A DNA stretch of 22,864 bases from a bacterium. Its GTDB lineage: Bacteria; Zhuqueibacterota; Zhuqueibacteria; Oceanimicrobiales; Oceanimicrobiaceae. A program made the position numbers and the translations under genes. Below, piece after piece: positions 9,570 through 17,836 of the stretch (the stretch's first letter is position 1; every line of letters starts with the position of its first letter). The notes below the pieces were generated by a model, which was not told where the DNA came from, did no database searches, and saw only the letters and a list, made by a program, of their open reading frames with translations. The stretch covers positions 1 to 22,864 of the forward strand of contig JBHIAC010000037.1 in the NCBI GenBank assembly GCA_046758365.1, in the 5' to 3' direction.

Positions 9570-12539
9570 CTATTTATTCAACACAGCAACTGTCTTGGTC
9601 GCCATTCGACCAGCGGCTTCAATCGTAACAATGTAAAGTCCGCTAGTACACACTCTATCATTATAATCGCGACCATTCCAATTTACGACATTACGGCCTG
9701 GATTCATGGGGTTGTTTTCACACAAGACGCGCACCAAACGACCCGAAAGGTTATAGACTCTGGCCGTGACCTCCGATGGTTTGCTGAGGTCAAAAGACAC
9801 TGTAACTTTGTCCAAGAATCCACCGCCTTTGGGCGAAAGAATGCGAGGCTGTGCAGCCACATTTGCGATCTCAGTATCGCTTATGTCTGACCGGGGACTT
9901 TGTTTATCCTCAAACAGTCCAAAAGTCCCAAATTTCTTAATTGTCGTTGTGATTGCACTGCTATCTTTATCTACAAAGCCTCCGACTGGTGTCCAGGTGC
10001 TATCGTTAGCAAGTTGATAAATACGCAGAATTCGTTCATCAAATTCTTGTGCGACTTTATCTCCATAAAATATTTTAAGTGTCAATGGTTTTTTTTCATT
10101 GATTACTAAATTTTGTGGCGTTAGTTCATAAGCAATGCCGGTGAAAAACAACATTGCCTCATCTTCCACCGAAATAGAACCTGTATCAACTGGTGTGGCG
10201 CTTATGGAGATGCCGGTCTCGATTGAGTTGGGAGGAATATAAAGCCAGAGCGATCCATATTTTTGCACTCGAGTGGAATCTACGATCTCAACGGCACCGC
10301 CCCGTTCCAAACGCACCTTATAAAATCGAAATATAACGGGTGACAGGTCTTTATTATTATCTTTATCAATGGCACGAACATAGAATGTATGTGGTCCATC
10401 TGTATCAATAGAGTAATTTACATTGTTAGCCGAAGTCAATAACCACCTTGACGTGTCATCTAAGGCATGTTGGTAGCGTAGGTTGACCGTGGGTGTGTTA
10501 ACATCATAACCTGAAAAGCGAAACGTTACATCGGATTCAGTCACAACATCGAAGGTCTCCACCAGAAAAGTATTCGGACCAACGCCAGTTTTGCGGTACC
10601 TTGAAATTCCGCCACCCCAAGTGGCAAACCAAACCACATTCGACTGATCAGAAACGACATCAAAAATAAAATTATCACTTAAACCGTCCTCTGTGGTGTA
10701 AGCAGTCCATCTATCGTCAAGATAAGATGCAGCACCATTTAACGTACCACACCAAATTACACCATCAGGAGCAACCGTCATTGAAGATATTCTTTCATCA
10801 GGTAAGCCATCAATAGTGGTGAACCATTCCCAATCTGTATAATTAAAGCGAGCAATGCCAACGTTGGTCCCAATCCACATTGAACCCTCCAAGCCTCTAA
10901 TTATAGAATTAATTGCTATTTTTTGAGGAAGGTGAGCAACTGATGTTTCAACCCAAGTTTTGCCGTTGAAGATAGTCAAGCCACGACTCGTACCTACCCA
11001 GAGTCGATCCCTATCGAAGGCAAGCGCGGTGACAATGCTGCTTGGAAGCTCTGATGTTATGGTAGTATCAAATTTAATATCCTCACTACGAATTAACAAA
11101 CGGACAAGGCCTTTATCTGTACCTGCCCACATCGTATCATTGCGAGCAACCAGTGTCAATACATTGTTGCTTGGGAACTCAGGGGGATCATTTACTCTAA
11201 TTTTGTCTATTACCGATAAATTGCTCGATGTTCTGAATATACCACATCCCCCAGTTGCTACAAACATCTCGGTTCCATGTGGCAAGAATTTGAGGCCAAG
11301 TGGGGCTTGAGTACACAGTTCATCGTATAACATCAACCTTTTCCAAATACCACGGTCTAAAATATGGACAGCTCCGAGGCTATCGGTTCCAACCCATAAA
11401 CGCCCGAATTGATCTTTTTCAATAGAGCGTATAAAATTGCTGGGTAGGCCATCCTTCGTGGTTAGTTCGGACCAGTTGTTATTGAGCTTGCTTATTCCTT
11501 TGAAGTCCAGCAACGCAAACCATAAATTGCCATCGTTATCACCTACGATATCCTGTACCTTGTTTGAGGCGAGACCACTATTCCAAATTGTAAAGTTTTT
11601 CCATTGCTGGTTGGTGCTGTCCAGCATACTCACACCACCATCAGTACCAACCCATTTTATATCTTTATTTTGAAAGGTTTCAATCCAAATCGTATTAACC
11701 GTTTCATTTATTAAACCTGAAGCTTGTTTATAACACTTCACAGGGTTATTCCCTTTGTCTAATAAACATAATCCTCCGGTAGTCCCTAACCACTTGTTAT
11801 CTTCCCTATCTATGGCGATTGATCTTATGGTTGAGTTAGGAAGATTCATAAACGGGAAAAAGCAGTTCCACATACCCGCAGTGTCAAGAACACATAAACC
11901 GGCACCACGTGTACCGAAATACATATTGTCAAGACTATCTTGGGTAATACTATCTACCAAGTTTCTTGTCTGGAAAGGGCCAGGAATTGGTTTTCCACTT
12001 GAATCAGGTATCCAGACAGAGTTTATTGAATCCCATTTGGCATATTCGTCAGTGGTATACCTGTACCAGCCGGTGCTGTCCCTTCTTCCAACTCCTCCAC
12101 CCTCTGCACCATCTTGAGATTCGGAACCATACCATAAAGTACCATGATTATCAATAAACAACGCAATAATACAAATCTGCGAAAGCCCTGATGTTTGATT
12201 ATAATGTGTCCATTCTTTAGATATGATATTATAACGAAACAAGCCCTTTATAGTCCCGACCCAAAGCTCGGCCTTCTTGCCGTCAATAGCCAGTTTAGTT
12301 ACTTGATTGACGACATTCCCGTCCTCAATTGTTGGTTTTAAATTTTCAAACTGCTGACCATCAAAATGCCATACACCACTAGTACCTGTGCCGAACCAGT
12401 AAGTATTTGAGTCGCCATCGTACACAATGCTGTTCACATTTTCAAAGGGGAGAAGATGAGTCCATCGGCCTGCTTCAGCAATTCGATTAAAGCTAATAAT
12501 CAGAAATGTTATGAGATATATAGTTTTGATACGCATCAT
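9570..12539 (-). CDS. Secreted two-component-regulator-propeller (Reg_prop) protein with Y_Y_Y-like, ZU5-like and FlgD-Ig/T9SS-like C-terminal domains
   Basis: Signal peptide ending AEA|G. Many GL.SN.V..I..D..G.LW.GT..GL repeats. Y_Y_Y-like RYQHALDD..W..G.HTFYVRAID. C-terminal domain PRILSP..VYNLSGRLVRVL..WNGRD..SGLYIV. No TM helix or kinase domain. Confidence 0.85.
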   Translation of the reverse strand: MMRIKTIYLITFLIISFNRIAEAGRWTHLLPFENVNSIVYDGDSNTYWFGTGTSGVWHFDGQQFENLKPTIEDGNVVNQVTKLAIDGKKAELWVGTIKGLFRYNIISKEWTHYNQTSGLSQICIIALFIDNHGTLWYGSESQDGAEGGGVGRRDSTGWYRYTTDEYAKWDSINSVWIPDSSGKPIPGPFQTRNLVDSITQDSLDNMYFGTRGAGLCVLDTAGMWNCFFPFMNLPNSTIRSIAIDREDNKWLGTTGGLCLLDKGNNPVKCYKQASGLINETVNTIWIETFQNKDIKWVGTDGGVSMLDSTNQQWKNFTIWNSGLASNKVQDIVGDNDGNLWFALLDFKGISKLNNNWSELTTKDGLPSNFIRSIEKDQFGRLWVGTDSLGAVHILDRGIWKRLMLYDELCTQAPLGLKFLPHGTEMFVATGGCGIFRTSSNLSVIDKIRVNDPPEFPSNNVLTLVARNDTMWAGTDKGLVRLLIRSEDIKFDTTITSELPSSIVTALAFDRDRLWVGTSRGLTIFNGKTWVETSVAHLPQKIAINSIIRGLEGSMWIGTNVGIARFNYTDWEWFTTIDGLPDERISSMTVAPDGVIWCGTLNGAASYLDDRWTAYTTEDGLSDNFIFDVVSDQSNVVWFATWGGGISRYRKTGVGPNTFLVETFDVVTESDVTFRFSGYDVNTPTVNLRYQHALDDTSRWLLTSANNVNYSIDTDGPHTFYVRAIDKDNNKDLSPVIFRFYKVRLERGGAVEIVDSTRVQKYGSLWLYIPPNSIETGISISATPVDTGSISVEDEAMLFFTGIAYELTPQNLVINEKKPLTLKIFYGDKVAQEFDERILRIYQLANDSTWTPVGGFVDKDSSAITTTIKKFGTFGLFEDKQSPRSDISDTEIANVAAQPRILSPKGGGFLDKVTVSFDLSKPSEVTARVYNLSGRLVRVLCENNPMNPGRNVVNWNGRDYNDRVCTSGLYIVTIEAAGRMATKTVAVLNK

Positions 12540-12610
12540 TTACTTACTGGTAAAATTATGTTAGCTTGTTGTCAAGTTTGGATCAAATAGTTTGTAAAAT
12601 AATCAGTCGA

Positions 12611-13675
12611 TCATTTGCGTAAAATCCTACTGTCGATGCTTGCAATTGGTTCTGTATCATTGTGAATTACCAATGCTTGAGACCCCAAATATGCTTTCGC
12701 TAAAAGTGTTGAGATCACAACAGATTCCCCTGTTGTAGTGTCCAAAGTTGTTTTCTCTTCATAAATTTCTACGGTGAAGTAAACACATTTTTTGGTCTCA
12801 GTCTGAGCCAAGTGCGGCATCGATGTTTTGAATTTGAATTTGCCAATTGTGTCAATACCCCTTGGGTCATTAGGTTTTTTGCATTGTTTTTCTTGCAGAT
12901 TATTTGAATAATAAATACTGTCCATTCTTACCTTATTTCCGAAAATATCATTCTCGTACATAACATTAAAAGTTGTATCGGGTAAGTCGCAAATTTTAAT
13001 TGACGAGGAATCAATTTTAAGCGATGGTTTATTAATCTGTGCGGAGGCGTTACAAAGCATCAACTCGATTTCTAAAATGTAGTCACGATTGGGATCTCCA
13101 CTATTTACCACCGGTTCTTCTTGAAGGATAGAATTAACCAAACATGCACGATAATTAGTAATGACGCTAAGGGAGATTAAAATTTCATCATCTTCAGCAT
13201 CTGATGTTGTTTCAGCAAATGACTTAGCAATCAATCCTGCTTGTACCACGTTCTCAATTTTTCCTTTAAATACCACACATTCTGAAACAAAACTTGTATC
13301 TAATTTAAATTCAAAAGGTTTATTTGATATTCTAGTCTGACCCGTATCGATTGATGAAAAACTAATTCGGTTTTTAATCATTTCCACCCCTCTATCCTGT
13401 GTCGAAAGTACTAAATCAAATGCAGAAATGGATTTTTCCCCAATGTTTGTAAGGCGCAGAAATACCTGAACCTGTTCTCCAGGATTGATTTGCCTGTCTC
13501 GGTTGCCAAGTGTATCAATGACCACTGCACCGGTCAAAGGGTCAAATGAAAGCTCTGGTACTGACGCTTCCTCATAAATTATTAATAGGGATATAACTAT
13601 GACCAAAACCACTATCGCAATAAAGATTATCCATGGAGTTTTCGTAAGTTTTCCCAAAGAATTAAAGAAATTCAT
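12611..13675 (-). CDS. Membrane-anchored hypothetical protein with probable tandem Ig-like domains
   Basis: N-terminal TM (WIIFIAIVVLVIVISLLII). DTLGNRDRQINPGEQVQVFLRLTNIG resembles the GN.DG...PGE...L.N.G Ig-like module of secreted FCB-group peptidases. SD AAGGA upstream. Confidence 0.7.
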   Translation of the reverse strand: MNFFNSLGKLTKTPWIIFIAIVVLVIVISLLIIYEEASVPELSFDPLTGAVVIDTLGNRDRQINPGEQVQVFLRLTNIGEKSISAFDLVLSTQDRGVEMIKNRISFSSIDTGQTRISNKPFEFKLDTSFVSECVVFKGKIENVVQAGLIAKSFAETTSDAEDDEILISLSVITNYRACLVNSILQEEPVVNSGDPNRDYILEIELMLCNASAQINKPSLKIDSSSIKICDLPDTTFNVMYENDIFGNKVRMDSIYYSNNLQEKQCKKPNDPRGIDTIGKFKFKTSMPHLAQTETKKCVYFTVEIYEEKTTLDTTTGESVVISTLLAKAYLGSQALVIHNDTEPIASIDSRILRK

Positions 13676-13837
13676 TTTACTTTCCTTTTAATATTAGACT
13701 TCTTGACTTGAATTTTTAAGCAAAATGATAAAAATTTGGTTTTCCTCCATCCCACAAAAGATGAGCAAATGTAAAAGAAAAGTGCGAAGATGAGTATAGT
13801 GGAAGTGAAAAGCAAAGGGAAAATTGAAATAATAAAA

Positions 13838-13866
13838 ATTTTACTAATTTATTTCTTAAATGTCAA
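13838..13866 (-). promoter_or_regulatory. sigma70-type promoter for the leftward five-gene operon
   Basis: Minus strand TTGACA (13866-13861), 17-nt spacer, TAAAAT (13843-13838). Confidence 0.65.
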
Positions 13867-14074
13867 GTTTTTGTTCCAATAATCGTAAATATTCACTTAT
13901 TTATGCAAATTATTTTAAGAGCCTTTATAACATAAGACAAAATAATGATGCATTTTCTCTCAAAATTTATTAAAATATTTCAAATTAAATTAGAATAATA
14001 TAGATATATTGATTGTTTTTAATTTGTGTAACTTAGATGTAAAACGAATTCTTTAAATAGGTGAATTAGAAGAA

Positions 14075-16333
14075 ATGAAACAAAAGAAAACTATAATCAT
14101 TTTAAATTCTATTTTAATAATTTTAATAGCGGTGGTCATTGTGCAATTTAGAAATAATAAAGGAATGTCCCAAAAACATTCAGCAAAGTCATGGGCTCGG
14201 AAACCTATTCCTGCGCCCGAAAAGCTCAAAAAGTTACCCCCTGATGGTGGTGCGGAATACAATCGCCTGGTGTTTGAGAAAAGTCCTTACCTGTTGCAAC
14301 ATGCAGGAAACCCGGTGGATTGGTACCCCTGGGGAGAAAAAGCATTTGCGAGAGCCCGTGAAGAAGATAAACCCATTTTCCTCTCCATCGGCTATTCAAC
14401 CTGCCACTGGTGTCACGTTATGGAGCACGAGTCATTTGAGGATCCTGAAGTTGCCAGACTGATGAATGAAACCTTTGTCTGCATTAAAGTGGACCGGGAA
14501 GAGCGCCCAGATATCGATAATATTTACATGGCCGTATGCCAGGCTATGACTGGCAGCGGCGGTTGGCCCTTAACCATCATTATGACTCCAGACAAAAAGC
14601 CTTTCTTCGCTGGCACCTATTTCCCTAAAGAAAGTCGTTTCCAGCGCATCGGCCTGTTAGATTTGGTGCCCCGTATTGGAGAAATTTGGAAATCGCAGCG
14701 GGAGAAAGTGCTTGAATCTGCAGAGCAAATTACCAATTTTCTTCAAAAGAACGTTTCTTCACCTTCATCAGGAGAGGAACTTAGTGAACACGAATTGACC
14801 ACAGCCTACCAGCAGTTAGCCAGCCGATTCGATGAAACTTACGGCGGCTTTGGCTCAGCGCCAAAATTCCCATCGCCGCACAATTTTACCTTTCTGCTGC
14901 GTTATTGGAATCGCACGGGCGAACCCAAAGCCCTAAACATGGTGGAAAGGACGCTTCAAGCTATGCGACGCGGCGGGATTTTCGACCACGTAGGGTTTGG
15001 ATTTCACCGTTACGCCACCGATGCCCAGTGGCTTTTGCCACATTTTGAGAAGATGCTCTACGATCAAGCTATGCAGGCCATAGCCTATCTAGAGACTTAT
15101 CAGGCCACTGGAAAATCCGAATACGCCGAGATCGCGCGGAAAATATTTACCTATGTGTTAAGAGATATGACCTCTCCCGAAGGCGGATTTTACTCCGCTG
15201 AGGATGCGGACAGCGAGGGCGAAGAGGGCAAATTCTATCTCTGGACTCCGAAGGAAATCATTCATATTCTCGGTTCCAAAGAGGGAGAAATGGTCATTAA
15301 AATGTTCAATGTGAAGCCGGAGGGTAACTTCCAAGAACAGGCCACCGGCCAAAAAACCGCTACCAGTATTTTGCACCTTAATAAACCGATGGCTGAATTG
15401 GCCAAAGAATTTAATTTATCAGAACAGGAACTGAACGATCATTGGGAGAAATCCCGACACAAGCTTTATGAAGTTCGAGAAAGACGTATTCATCCCCACA
15501 AGGATGATAAAATTCTAACGGATTGGAACGGGTTGATGATTGCCGCTCTGGCTAAAGGAGCGCAAACGCTTGGTGAACCCCAATATGCGGAAGCTGCACG
15601 CCATGCGGCTGATTTCATCTGGACAAAATTAAGGGATAAGCAGGGGCGTTTATTAAAACGGTACCGCCAGGACGAAGCCAGCCTGCCAGCCCATCTGGAT
15701 GATTACGCCTTTATGGTCTGGGGGCTACTGGAGCTTTACGAAGCGACTTTTGATGTCAGCTATCTGCAAAATGCCATTAAACTGAACAACTTAATGTTAT
15801 CGTTTTTCTGGGATGCTGAAAACGGTGGCTTGTTTTTTTCGGCTGACAGCTTGAAAGAGCTTCTGGTTCGTACTAAAGAGATATACGACGGAGCGATTCC
15901 GTCAGGCAACTCGGTGGCGGCCTTAAACCTGCTGCGCTTAGGACGCATTACGGCCAACGAAGAGTTCGAGAAGAAATCGGCTGCCATTGGCAGAGCTTTT
16001 GCAAAGCAAGTTCAACAATCTCCGCTAGCTCATTCGCAACTCATGAATGCCATTGACTTTGCCGTGGGGCCTGCCTACGAGGTAGTGATAGCCGGAGATT
16101 CCAGGGCTGAGGACACCAAAGCAATGCTGCTGGCACTCCAAAAGAAATATGTCCCAAACAAAATCGTACTCTTACATCCCAGTGAACAGAACTTCCCCCC
16201 TATTGCCCAGATTGCTGAATTCACCAGATACCAAACCAGCTTGAATGGAAAAGCCACCGCCTACGTCTGTTTGAATTATGCTTGTAAGTCACCTACTAAT
16301 GATGTGGAGGAAATGCTGAGTTTGCTTCAATAA
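14075..16333 (+). CDS. yyaL: Thioredoxin-domain protein YyaL/SSP411 (DUF255 + alpha/alpha-barrel) with N-terminal hydrophobic anchor
   Basis: [79 protein letters not shown] and AYVC..YAC..P. Confidence 0.93.
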   Translation: MKQKKTIIILNSILIILIAVVIVQFRNNKGMSQKHSAKSWARKPIPAPEKLKKLPPDGGAEYNRLVFEKSPYLLQHAGNPVDWYPWGEKAFARAREEDKPIFLSIGYSTCHWCHVMEHESFEDPEVARLMNETFVCIKVDREERPDIDNIYMAVCQAMTGSGGWPLTIIMTPDKKPFFAGTYFPKESRFQRIGLLDLVPRIGEIWKSQREKVLESAEQITNFLQKNVSSPSSGEELSEHELTTAYQQLASRFDETYGGFGSAPKFPSPHNFTFLLRYWNRTGEPKALNMVERTLQAMRRGGIFDHVGFGFHRYATDAQWLLPHFEKMLYDQAMQAIAYLETYQATGKSEYAEIARKIFTYVLRDMTSPEGGFYSAEDADSEGEEGKFYLWTPKEIIHILGSKEGEMVIKMFNVKPEGNFQEQATGQKTATSILHLNKPMAELAKEFNLSEQELNDHWEKSRHKLYEVRERRIHPHKDDKILTDWNGLMIAALAKGAQTLGEPQYAEAARHAADFIWTKLRDKQGRLLKRYRQDEASLPAHLDDYAFMVWGLLELYEATFDVSYLQNAIKLNNLMLSFFWDAENGGLFFSADSLKELLVRTKEIYDGAIPSGNSVAALNLLRLGRITANEEFEKKSAAIGRAFAKQVQQSPLAHSQLMNAIDFAVGPAYEVVIAGDSRAEDTKAMLLALQKKYVPNKIVLLHPSEQNFPPIAQIAEFTRYQTSLNGKATAYVCLNYACKSPTNDVEEMLSLLQ

Positions 16334-16358
16334 AACACCAAAAGCTAGAGGTGTACCC

Positions 16359-16374
16359 TAAAAGTCGACTTTTA
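16359..16374. repeat. Perfect 16-bp palindrome between convergent genes
   Basis: TAAAAGTCGACTTTTA is its own reverse complement. Confidence 0.6.
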
Positions 16375-16453
16375 TGAAAAAATCGAACTGAAAAACAATA
16401 ACTTACCTGTCACGTAGGACTTTGTCCAACGCGACCTGCTGTGAATTTAAACA

Positions 16454-17059
16454 TCATTCATGGGGCACGGTGAAGCTCGGTTCCTCAGGCTCGATCACCT
16501 CGTAATCACGTTCCCAGCCCTCGTGCTGAAGTGTGATAGATTCGATTGCGACAGAAGCATCGCCATTAGCATTTAACTCACTCAGCGTAATATATTCAGA
16601 TGGCCAGCACCGATAGACCTTAAACGCCATAACTAATTGCCCCGCTTCGTTGTATAGATCAATTATAATATCTTTGCGAAAGTCTTTCAAAGACGATTCA
16701 GCCCCTAATCCGGCGCCAAATTTCCACACTTTATTTGCCCATTGTTCAAACGCCGTGTCATGAGTACGGCCTCTCTCCAGGACAATCGGCTCGTAAGTTG
16801 TCTGTCCTGGGGATTTCCTGACGCTACTGGGTTCACTTCCTTCGCGGTGAATAACGACCTCTGTCTTCCGCTTGAGCCCGCTCACTTTAGAGATGCCTGC
16901 TATATATTTACCATCCCATTTAACTCGAAACTTAAATTGCTTGTAAGGATCGAAGCGATGTGTATTTACACTAAACTGCTGAGCTGTACTATCACTAAAC
17001 ACAAAGACCTGAAAGACCAGTGCAACGAAAATTGCAATACTATTTGTTTTGCGTTTCAT
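16454..17059 (-). CDS. Phage tail-tube protein (T4 gp19/Afp1-like, contractile injection system tube family) with N-terminal Sec signal peptide
   Basis: RFDPYKQFKFRVKWDG..AGISKVSGLKR.TEV..HREG......RKSPG.T.YEPI.LERG.THD..FEQWA, DFRKDIII.LYNEAG, Y.CWPSEY and ITLQHEGWERD are tube-family motifs. Strong SD AAGGAGGT precedes the ATG at 17059. Leader MKRK-hydrophobic-STA|Q. Confidence 0.85.
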   Translation of the reverse strand: MKRKTNSIAIFVALVFQVFVFSDSTAQQFSVNTHRFDPYKQFKFRVKWDGKYIAGISKVSGLKRKTEVVIHREGSEPSSVRKSPGQTTYEPIVLERGRTHDTAFEQWANKVWKFGAGLGAESSLKDFRKDIIIDLYNEAGQLVMAFKVYRCWPSEYITLSELNANGDASVAIESITLQHEGWERDYEVIEPEEPSFTVPHE

Positions 17060-17103
17060 ATTACACCTCCTTAATTCCTGAACATTTAAAACAGAGTCTA
17101 ACG

Positions 17104-17823
17104 TTATCCCCCATTGAAAAAGCTTGCTCCAAGAATCCCCAAAAAACCAAGAAGAAAGAAAAGAGGAACGCGATAGTCTTGGTTGTTTTCATGGGCTATA
17201 GGCAGGAGATCGCTTGTGGCAATATAGAGAAAGGTGCCGCCAGAAAGCCCCACGGCTAAGCTTAGAAAAAACTGTTCATTTATAGGAATTAAAATACCAA
17301 ACAGTGCGCCAACAACCGCCAAGCCAGCAATTATACCTAAAGTTTTCCAGGCCTTTGCTTTGCGGAATTGGTTAGCGAGCATGATTGAAGCAGTAGAAAT
17401 GCCAGTAGGTAAACGATGAAGAAGCACAGCAACAATGACTAAAAATCCTAAGGTCTTTTCGAATTCAAAGCTGACGGCGATAGCAAAACCATCTAAAAAG
17501 CTGTGGAAGCCCATTCCAAATAGAGCCGCATGGCCGAAAGGGTGGATGTCGCAATGTTCTTCGCGACAGGCGTGAATCATGGCCAATTTCTCATATCCGT
17601 AAAGAACAATAAATCCCAAACTTACTGAGAGCATAGCCCAACGTCCAGCCTCGGCATAGCTTTCCACCACCATGTGGTTGAGACCAGTGGAAAGCAGGAT
17701 GCCCGCTGAAAAAGCCACCAACAGGGTCAAACTTTTTTTACTGAGCCTTTTATGAAGGAGGGGAATGCCTCCACCTAACATGGTAGCCCCTGCTGCTAAA
17801 AATGAAAAAAATAGGATGAACAT
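17104..17823 (-). CDS. ZIP (ZupT/GufA-like) family metal transporter
   Basis: About 8 TM helices; AFSAGILL, His/Cys loop HACREEHCDIH, HSFLDG, HRLPTG and GTFLYIATSDLLP. Confidence 0.88.
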   Translation of the reverse strand: MFILFFSFLAAGATMLGGGIPLLHKRLSKKSLTLLVAFSAGILLSTGLNHMVVESYAEAGRWAMLSVSLGFIVLYGYEKLAMIHACREEHCDIHPFGHAALFGMGFHSFLDGFAIAVSFEFEKTLGFLVIVAVLLHRLPTGISTASIMLANQFRKAKAWKTLGIIAGLAVVGALFGILIPINEQFFLSLAVGLSGGTFLYIATSDLLPIAHENNQDYRVPLFFLLGFLGILGASFFNGG

Positions 17824-17836
17824 ATTAATTCAACTT

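Noticed and set aside
12547..12575. Internal promoter (TTGACA on the minus strand) before the Reg_prop gene
   Set aside because: No acceptable -10 at 16-18 nt spacing (best is TACCAG), and too little room before the start codon.
16454..17059. Prophage or complete eCIS/T6SS locus
   Set aside because: Only the tube gene is present; its neighbours are yyaL and metal-homeostasis genes.
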